A program made the position numbers and the translations under genes. DNA of 19,935 nt. Source: Candidatus Thorarchaeota archaeon. Lineage in GTDB: Archaea > Asgardarchaeota > Thorarchaeia > Thorarchaeales > Thorarchaeaceae. The notes beneath the pieces are model-generated. The model searched no databases and was not told where the DNA came from. It saw only the letters and a list, made by a program, of their open reading frames with translations. Shown piece after piece: positions 13,136-19,935 of this stretch (position 1 is the first letter of the stretch; every line of letters starts with the position of its first letter). The DNA lies in the NCBI GenBank assembly GCA_048884785.1, contig JBHLQM010000064.1:1-19935 (forward strand), in the 5' to 3' direction.

Positions 13136-15520
13136 ATGATTCAGCCAAAACTACTACGCACAGGAACTGAGCGAGCTATGAAGAAGAAAGCTTACTTCAA
13201 AGCAGACGAAGCGGACACAGGTTTGGGTCATTTCAAAGGTCTCGAAGTCAGAATCGGCGAGATTGTTGATGACGAGTGGGACGAGCCAATGGGTCCTACA
13301 CCAATGCCCGGTCTGACAACTCTGCGATCGTGGGATCACAAACTTCTTACAAAATACCAGCCGTCATACATGCCATATTGTCAAGTATGCTGCCTCTGTA
13401 CAATGGGCAAATGTGATTTGTCTGGAACAAAGAGAGGTGCCTGCGGTATAGACATGAAAGCACAACAGGGCAGGATTGTACTGGCAGCGGCCAATATAGG
13501 CACAGCAGCGCATTTGGCACACTCCAGACACCTGATTGATCATCTAATAGATGAGTATGGCCCTCGGACCAAACTTATTCAGGGTCCCGGCACCGAGATT
13601 CATGCTCCTATTTCACGATTGGTAACAGGAATGCGGCCTCGTACTTTGGAGGATGCAAGCATTATCATTGACTATTGTGAGAGCCAACTGGCTCATGGTC
13701 TCTCGGCTACGGCAACTGGACAAGAAGGGAGCTGGCTAGACTTTGAGAGCAAGGTCTTCCATATGGGGATGATTGACCATCTCGCGCTGGAAATCGCTGA
13801 TTTGGCACAGGTTTCAACTCTTGATATGCCCCAAGCAGATCCAGATGCACCTCTTGTACGGGCCGGTCTCGGAAATATGGATGCAAGTAAGGCAACTATA
13901 TTGACCATAGGGCACAATATTGTGCCTGCCGCAGCCATAACAGACTATATCACTGAGAAGAAACTTGGTGAGGTGGTAGAAGTTGGTGGGATTTGCTGTA
14001 CCGCGTGGGACATAACACGGCGTGATAAGAATGCAAAGGTCATCGGTCCTATCTCATGGCAGCTTAGATTCATTCGAAGCGGTGGTGCTGACATTGTTGT
14101 TGTTGACGAGCAGTGTGTCCGCACGAATGTTGTTGATGAAGCCAAGAAAGTAATGGCTCCAGTCATATCAACCAGCGACAAAGCGGTGATGGGACTTCCT
14201 GATAGATCAGATGACTCAGTTGACTCCATTGTTAATGAATTGGTTTCTGGAAAGATACCGGGGGCCTATATTCCTGACCATCGAAAGGTTGGAGAGGTTG
14301 CCGTCAAAGTAGCACTAGCAATGAAGCCAATTCGTGAAAAGAAGAAATTCTTGCCCAGCAAGAAGCAGATTCAGAAGATGGCTGAAGAGTGCAAGAAATG
14401 CATGGAATGTGTGCGAGCATGTCCCAATGACCAGAACGTGCAGGAAGCCGTTCTTGCCGCAGCTACAGGCAACATGGAGCCACTGCGAGAGATCTACAGC
14501 AACTGTATCGGGTGTGCTCGATGCGAGTCCGCCTGTCCAAATGAATATGACCTACACAGCTGGATGGTTGTCGCAGGGGAGAAAGACTGTGACAATGAAA
14601 CCTACATGGTGCGAACCGGTAGGGGTGCAGTTCAGGATACAGAGATTAGAAGGGTAGGTCAACCAATCGTCTTTGGAGAGATCCCCGGTGTAATTGCACA
14701 TGTTGGGTGCGCTAACTATCCTGGTGGAGGCCAAGATGTACATGACATGGCTGAGGAGTTCGCGAAACGAAGATTCATCATCGTGACCTCAGGATGTGCC
14801 GCGATGTCTGCTGGCATAGTGAAAGATGAGAACGGACAATCAATCTATGAGCGAAGAAGTGGCGAGTTTGATGCAGGAAGCGTGGTCAATGTAGGATCCT
14901 GTGTTGCTAACTCACACATTGCTGGTGCAGCCATCAAAATTGCTGCCATTTTCGCGAAAAGAAACCTTCGTGGCAATTATGCAGAGATTGCAGATTACAT
15001 CTACAATCGAGTAGGAGCGGTAGGAATCTCATGGGGTGCCATGTCCCAGAAAGCAGCTGCGATTGCTGCAGGATTCTGGAGGCTCGGTGTTCCTGTGATT
15101 GTTGGACCCCATGGTTCCAAGTACCGCAGAATGCTGCTCGGAAATCCAGAAAATGAGAGGGACTGGATGGTCTATGATGCCAGAACTGGAGAACGGATGC
15201 TGACTGCACCCGGACCGGAACATCTCTTCTATGCAGCAGAAACAAAACAAGAAGCGATGGTTATGACCGCAAAGCTCTGCATCAGGCCAAATGATACAGG
15301 AAAGGGACGATCTATCAAACTCAGCCACTACATAGATCTTCATGAAACACACTACGGATTCTTCCCAGAAGATATCTGGAAATACATCCGTCGTGAGTCA
15401 GATATACCTATCACGCTCAAGGATAGAATTCTGACTCAAATGAAGGAGAACAAGTGGAAGGAGCGACCGATTCCTGACCCAACACTGCTCAAGGAGCAAA
15501 TCATGGGAGGTGGTACATAA
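13136..15520 (+). CDS. cdhA: ACDS alpha subunit (archaeal Ni-CO dehydrogenase)
   Basis: EPMGPTP; CQVCCLCTMGKCDL..RGACG (B/D clusters); C-cluster ligand motifs GHN, GICCT, DEQC, GCAN, SGC, GSC; two extra ferredoxin motifs CKKCMECVRACP and CIGCARCESACP. Alternative start at ATG 13178. Confidence 0.97.
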   Translation: MIQPKLLRTGTERAMKKKAYFKADEADTGLGHFKGLEVRIGEIVDDEWDEPMGPTPMPGLTTLRSWDHKLLTKYQPSYMPYCQVCCLCTMGKCDLSGTKRGACGIDMKAQQGRIVLAAANIGTAAHLAHSRHLIDHLIDEYGPRTKLIQGPGTEIHAPISRLVTGMRPRTLEDASIIIDYCESQLAHGLSATATGQEGSWLDFESKVFHMGMIDHLALEIADLAQVSTLDMPQADPDAPLVRAGLGNMDASKATILTIGHNIVPAAAITDYITEKKLGEVVEVGGICCTAWDITRRDKNAKVIGPISWQLRFIRSGGADIVVVDEQCVRTNVVDEAKKVMAPVISTSDKAVMGLPDRSDDSVDSIVNELVSGKIPGAYIPDHRKVGEVAVKVALAMKPIREKKKFLPSKKQIQKMAEECKKCMECVRACPNDQNVQEAVLAAATGNMEPLREIYSNCIGCARCESACPNEYDLHSWMVVAGEKDCDNETYMVRTGRGAVQDTEIRRVGQPIVFGEIPGVIAHVGCANYPGGGQDVHDMAEEFAKRRFIIVTSGCAAMSAGIVKDENGQSIYERRSGEFDAGSVVNVGSCVANSHIAGAAIKIAAIFAKRNLRGNYAEIADYIYNRVGAVGISWGAMSQKAAAIAAGFWRLGVPVIVGPHGSKYRRMLLGNPENERDWMVYDARTGERMLTAPGPEHLFYAAETKQEAMVMTAKLCIRPNDTGKGRSIKLSHYIDLHETHYGFFPEDIWKYIRRESDIPITLKDRILTQMKENKWKERPIPDPTLLKEQIMGGGT

Positions 15521-15521
15521 A

Positions 15522-16070
15522 ATGATGCAATCAGTACCATGGCAGACTGGGGAAATATGTGGTCCAGACGCTGCCAAGACTCTGAACAAAGCTGATGTTC
15601 TCAAGAGGGATTTCAAATTATGTAAGAAACCTCTTCTTATAGTTGGTTCAGAAGCTGTGAAAGAGAAATACGACAAAGGCACAATGGTTGATTATATCAT
15701 TGAGCTATCCAATGCAGGAAAAATTCCTGTCATAGCGACGGGAGGAGCAATAAAGGCATTCCTTGAGAAGGGATTCACGAATGCCAAATCCATGGGTGCA
15801 ATGGAAGTAGCTTATTTCCTACAAGACACTGAGTGGAAAGGGCCTCATAAAACAGGTCCCTATGACATGATCCTTACCTATGGAATGCCATACTTCATGC
15901 AGTGGACACTTCTGTCTGCTGTGATGAACTTTGCCCCACATATTACTGCAATCGCATTGGGGCGACACTATCAGCCACATGCCAAATGGAGTTGTCCAAA
16001 TCTCAAAGAGAAGAATTGGCATGAACTCCTGAAAGATATACTCGCTCTAGTGGGAGGAGGAAGCACATAG
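15522..16070 (+). CDS. cdhB: ACDS epsilon subunit
   Basis: Follows cdhA; PWQ, KKPLLIVGS, IPVIAT, LQDTEWKG...G.YD and YQPHAKWSCPN motifs; ATG 15522 after SD GGAGGTGG. Confidence 0.92.
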   Translation: MMQSVPWQTGEICGPDAAKTLNKADVLKRDFKLCKKPLLIVGSEAVKEKYDKGTMVDYIIELSNAGKIPVIATGGAIKAFLEKGFTNAKSMGAMEVAYFLQDTEWKGPHKTGPYDMILTYGMPYFMQWTLLSAVMNFAPHITAIALGRHYQPHAKWSCPNLKEKNWHELLKDILALVGGGST

Positions 16071-16071
16071 C

Positions 16072-17478
16072 ATGTCATTTGAAGATATACCAGTAGACAT
16101 TGGCGTTGTCTATGAAGGAGAACGCGTGAGAGGCAAGGACATGTTTGTCGAGCTCGGCGGTCCCAAAATGGAGAAGAAGTTCGAGCTGGCACTTGCCAGA
16201 GGCATGGACGAGATTGAAGATGAAAAGATCAAAATAATTGGTCCAGACCTCAAAGACATGGAACCGGAGAGCTATCATCCCCTCGGCATCCTCATTGAAG
16301 TTGCTGGGAAGGACATTGAGCCTGACCTTGAGGGAGTTATTGAACGAAGAATCCACGAATATGTGAACTTTGTTGAAGGTATGATGCACCTGAACCAGAG
16401 ATATGACATCTGGATTCGACTCAGCAAGAAGTCATTTGACAAGGGCTTCAACTCACTCGAATATCTGGGTAAGGTCTTGATTCGACTCTTTAAGAGTGAG
16501 ATGAATATCATCGAGAAGATTCAGGTGACATTCATCACAGACCCGAAAGAGGTCGAAGGCAGATATGAAGAGGCCATAAACAGATACAACGCTCGCGATG
16601 AACGGGCACGAGGTCTGAGTGATGCTGATGTTGATACCTTCTATGGGTGTTCACTCTGTCAATCATTTGCACCAACACACGTCTGCACCATTACTCCACA
16701 GAGATACGCCAACTGTGGAGCTATTAGCTGGTTTGACGGGCGTGCCGCGGCCAGAGTCGATCCAAAAGGTCCACTTTATGCAATTCCCAAGGGAGATACA
16801 ATTGATGACTTCCGTGGCGAATACACAGGAGTCAATCAAGCATATGTTGAGAAATCCCTGGGCAAGGTGAACTCGGTCGCACTTTATAGCGCATTCGAGA
16901 AACCTCACACAAGCTGCGGATGCTTTGAGGCAATAGCATTCGTAATTCCAGAGGTTGACGGACTTGGGATAGTTCACAGAGACTTCAAGGGCGAAACTGT
17001 CAATGGATTGCCATTCTCAAGCATGGCAGACTCTACAGCCGGTGGACGCCAAGTTCCAGGATTCCACGGGCTCTCAATTGAATACATGAGGTCTCCAAAA
17101 TTCCTTCAGGTTGATGGAGGATGGGACAGAGTAGTATGGCTCCCGGAGTCTATTAAGGAGAGAGTGGTTGATTTCATACCTGATGCAATCCGTGATAAGA
17201 TTCCGACGGAATCGGATGCTATGAGTATTGGTGACCTTAAGGCTTTCCTGAAAACAAAGAACCACCCTGTAGTTGGGCGATGGACTGAGATTGCTGAAGA
17301 AGATGAGGAATTACCCGGAGATATGACCCGCGGTGATGACTATGTTTCAGTTCCCGGAGAACTGACTGCAATGGTTGGAGGCGTTGGCGGTGGCCTTGAG
17401 ATTATTTTCAAAAATGCCAAGATATACGCCGAACGGGTCATCATCCGAAAGAAAGATGTTGGTGGCAAGAAGAAATGA
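16072..17478 (+). CDS. cdhC: ACDS beta subunit (acetyl-CoA synthase)
   Basis: YEGERVR, ELGGP, LEGVIERRIH, HLNQR; A-cluster ligands GCSLCQSFAPTHVC, CGAISW and PHTSCGCFE. Confidence 0.97.
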   Translation: MSFEDIPVDIGVVYEGERVRGKDMFVELGGPKMEKKFELALARGMDEIEDEKIKIIGPDLKDMEPESYHPLGILIEVAGKDIEPDLEGVIERRIHEYVNFVEGMMHLNQRYDIWIRLSKKSFDKGFNSLEYLGKVLIRLFKSEMNIIEKIQVTFITDPKEVEGRYEEAINRYNARDERARGLSDADVDTFYGCSLCQSFAPTHVCTITPQRYANCGAISWFDGRAAARVDPKGPLYAIPKGDTIDDFRGEYTGVNQAYVEKSLGKVNSVALYSAFEKPHTSCGCFEAIAFVIPEVDGLGIVHRDFKGETVNGLPFSSMADSTAGGRQVPGFHGLSIEYMRSPKFLQVDGGWDRVVWLPESIKERVVDFIPDAIRDKIPTESDAMSIGDLKAFLKTKNHPVVGRWTEIAEEDEELPGDMTRGDDYVSVPGELTAMVGGVGGGLEIIFKNAKIYAERVIIRKKDVGGKKK

Positions 17479-18668
17479 CCGCGAAAAAGGACGAAAAGAC
17501 CACCACATTAGATGACCTGTTTGGTGACTTTGCAGAGCTCGTGCTTGAGAATGTAACGATTGAACTCGATGAACTCAAGCTCGCTCTCCGTCCAATGATA
17601 CAGCAGATGGCGCGAAGTGCAGCTCAGCCTGCGCTATCTGTTCCGAAGTCCCTAATCGCCTCCAAATTTGAACCTCCATTTGGTGAATATACCTCGACCA
17701 TCCATGAAATCACGATTGGTGCTACCAAGGGTGAGGGTGGGACTCGAAGCAAGGCTGTAACCATTGGCGGACATACAGCTCCAGCCTGGGATTTATTTCA
17801 ATCACCACCAAAGAATCCTCCAGTTGTCGCTGCTGATGTCTTTGATATGAAAATCTCATTGGCAAAGGCCGTAAAGATGCACTATCAAGAAGTGATAGAA
17901 GATCCTGCTGAGTGGGCAAAACTCTGTGTCAATAAATTCGGTGCGGATGTCATAACCATGCATCTAATCAGCACAGACAGACAATTGAAGGATACATCTC
18001 CAAATGATGCTGCAAAGACACTTGAAGAAGTACTTCAGGCAGTGAAAGTACCAATTCTCGTTGGTTCTGCAGGGGATCCAGAGAAAGACGGACCAGTTCT
18101 GGCTAAAGCCGCGGAAGTGTGTGAAGGCGAGAAAGTACTCTTGTGTTCTGCGACAATTGATGTATACGAGGAAATTGCAGAAGCCGCAAAGAAGCACGAT
18201 CAAGTTGTCCTCTCATGGACATCTCTTGACATCAATCAGCAGAAAGAGCTCAATCGTCGATTGGTCGATTGGCTCCGACCCGACCAGATTGTAATTGATC
18301 CCACAACGGCTGCATTGGGCTATGGTCTTGAATATGCTTTCACAATGATGCAACGAATGCGTTTGGCTGGGCTTCTTGGAGATAGCGAATTACAATATCC
18401 AATAAGCTCAGGAACCACCAACGCCTGGGCTGCGAGAGAGGCTTGGCTGAATGCTCCTGAACTTGGACCTAGAGAGCTAAGAGGGCCAATCTGGGAGAGC
18501 GTTACAGCACTTGCGCTGCTACTGGCAGGAAATGACCTCTTTATGATGATGCATCCTGCAGCCATCAAGACTGTTCACGATCTTGTTGGATGGATGAAGG
18601 AAAGACGAAAAGTCACTGCAGATGATTATCCTGATTGGACAACCATCTCAATTCCGGAGGGAACATAA
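17475..18668 (+). CDS. cdhD: ACDS delta subunit (corrinoid Fe-S protein small subunit)
   Basis: IGAT..EGGTR, DPAEWAK, GDPEKD..VL.KAAE, DINQQKELNR, DPTTAALGYGLEY, NAWAAREAW, MMMHP; ATGA overlap with cdhC. Confidence 0.96.
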   Translation: MTAKKDEKTTTLDDLFGDFAELVLENVTIELDELKLALRPMIQQMARSAAQPALSVPKSLIASKFEPPFGEYTSTIHEITIGATKGEGGTRSKAVTIGGHTAPAWDLFQSPPKNPPVVAADVFDMKISLAKAVKMHYQEVIEDPAEWAKLCVNKFGADVITMHLISTDRQLKDTSPNDAAKTLEEVLQAVKVPILVGSAGDPEKDGPVLAKAAEVCEGEKVLLCSATIDVYEEIAEAAKKHDQVVLSWTSLDINQQKELNRRLVDWLRPDQIVIDPTTAALGYGLEYAFTMMQRMRLAGLLGDSELQYPISSGTTNAWAAREAWLNAPELGPRELRGPIWESVTALALLLAGNDLFMMMHPAAIKTVHDLVGWMKERRKVTADDYPDWTTISIPEGT

Positions 18669-19935
18669 TGGCGAAACTTCCTGGTCCATTAGAGATCTAT
18701 CCGCTCTTACCTGGCACCAATTGCAAGGAATGTGGAGAGGCAAACTGCATGGCATTTGCTACCAAGCTTGCAGAACATACAGTCAAGATCAAGGCTTGTA
18801 GCCCCCTCTACAAAGAGGCCAAGTATGCCAAGAAACTCGCAAAACTTGATGATCTTATTCGCCCACCTGTACGTGAAGTTGTAATTGGCGTTGGAGATAG
18901 GGCAGCGGCTATAGGTGGGAAGCTTGTTCTCTACCGACACGATCTTCGCTACTCAAACGAGACTGCCTTCTTTGTTGATGTGCCTGACACATTGGATAAG
19001 GAGGGTCTCTCAAAGAGGGTAAAAGCCATTGAAGACTGGACATACGTCTATATTGGACAGAACCTTCGCCTAGATGGCATTGCCCTTCGCGGTGTTTCCA
19101 AGGATCCCCAGATGTTTGCAAAAGCAGCCAAGACAATTACAGAGATATCTGATTGGCCTATTGCCCTCTGTTCCCTAGATCCCAAAATGCTGGCTACTGC
19201 TGCAAATGCAATAGCGGACAAAAGACCTCTGCTTTATGCTGCAACTCTGGATACTTGGACCGAAGTCGGTGAAATTGCGGTGAAGCATAATCTTCCTCTT
19301 GTTGCATATGCGCCTGGGAATTTAGATGACGTTTCCACCCTGGTGAACACACTGAGAGCAATGGGTGTTGAGGAAATCGTCATTGACCCCGGCACTATTT
19401 CAAAATCCGGACTGGGAACCACTATCGACAATCTCACACAACTGAGGCGATCCTCGACGGTCAATGATAATGAAACACTTGGCTATCCACTCCTTGGTAC
19501 ACCAATCACTGTTTGGGCTGACTACAAGGAGGGTGAGGCACCAGAATTGACCAAATGGGATGAAACACTTGTTGCAGCCTCGCAGATTGTCAGATACTCA
19601 GACATGATTATTATCCATAGTATTGATATGTGGACCAATCTACCCACAACATTTCTGCGCAGCAATCTCTACACTGACCCCGTTAAGCCGGTTGCAGTTG
19701 AAGCGGGGCTGAAGAAGTTTGGAGAGGCTGGACCTGATTCGCCTGTCATGTACACGACCAACTTCGCATTGACATACTTCACCGTTGAGAGTGATATCAA
19801 ACAAGGTAATGTTGATGCATGGCTTGTTGTAGTTGACACAGAAGGGATGAGTGTTCAATCCGCTGTTGCAGGAAGAAAGCTTACCGCCGAGAAAGTTGCT
19901 GAAACCTTAGAGGAGGTTGGAATCTCCGAGAAGGT
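18668..19935 (+). CDS. cdhE: ACDS gamma subunit (corrinoid Fe-S protein large subunit), truncated at the window edge
   Basis: Not in the ORF track because it has no stop. Manual translation from ATG 18668 (TAATG overlap): MAKLPGPLEIYPLLPGTNCKECGEANCMAFATKL...IGGKLVLYRHD...LGYPLLG...NLYTDPVKPVAVEAG...TTNFALTYFTVESD...VDTEGMSVQSAVAGRKL; open to the window end. Confidence 0.96.
   Translation, partial: MAKLPGPLEIYPLLPGTNCKECGEANCMAFATKLAEHTVKIKACSPLYKEAKYAKKLAKLDDLIRPPVREVVIGVGDRAAAIGGKLVLYRHDLRYSNETAFFVDVPDTLDKEGLSKRVKAIEDWTYVYIGQNLRLDGIALRGVSKDPQMFAKAAKTITEISDWPIALCSLDPKMLATAANAIADKRPLLYAATLDTWTEVGEIAVKHNLPLVAYAPGNLDDVSTLVNTLRAMGVEEIVIDPGTISKSGLGTTIDNLTQLRRSSTVNDNETLGYPLLGTPITVWADYKEGEAPELTKWDETLVAASQIVRYSDMIIIHSIDMWTNLPTTFLRSNLYTDPVKPVAVEAGLKKFGEAGPDSPVMYTTNFALTYFTVESDIKQGNVDAWLVVVDTEGMSVQSAVAGRKLTAEKVAETLEEVGISEK

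Overview
Archaeal genomic window dominated by a Wood-Ljungdahl / energy-metabolism locus. The gene style (tandem Lrp/AsnC regulator, membrane-anchored Thr-rich protein, archaeal-type ACDS) suggests an Asgard/Thorarchaeia-like host, but that is inference only. The right half carries cooC and an archaeal acetyl-CoA decarbonylase/synthase operon, cdhA-B-C-D-E, with cdhE running off the window end and missing from the ORF track. Upstream lie an HdrA-MvhD fusion, an 8x[4Fe-4S] FwdF-type polyferredoxin, an FwdG-type ferredoxin with an extra CdhE-like Fe-S domain, and FwdB- and FwdD-like proteins. The main observation is that both FwdB and FwdD homologues appear to have lost their W/Mo-pterin ligand and catalytic motifs, while FwdB keeps its [4Fe-4S] cysteines. 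No fwdA, fwdC, hdrB, hdrC or hydrogenase gene is present in the window. This suggests a pterin-free, Fwd-derived electron-transfer module coupled to a flavin-bifurcating HdrA and to CODH/ACS. The left part holds DUF166- and DUF3786-like genes, an atypical Gfo/Idh/MocA oxidoreductase, an atypical membrane-anchored MBL-fold protein, a small conserved protein, an NTF2/SnoaL-domain fusion and a double Lrp/AsnC regulator. No rRNA, tRNA, CRISPR array or mobile element was seen. All family calls are by-eye motif recognition; no database search was run.
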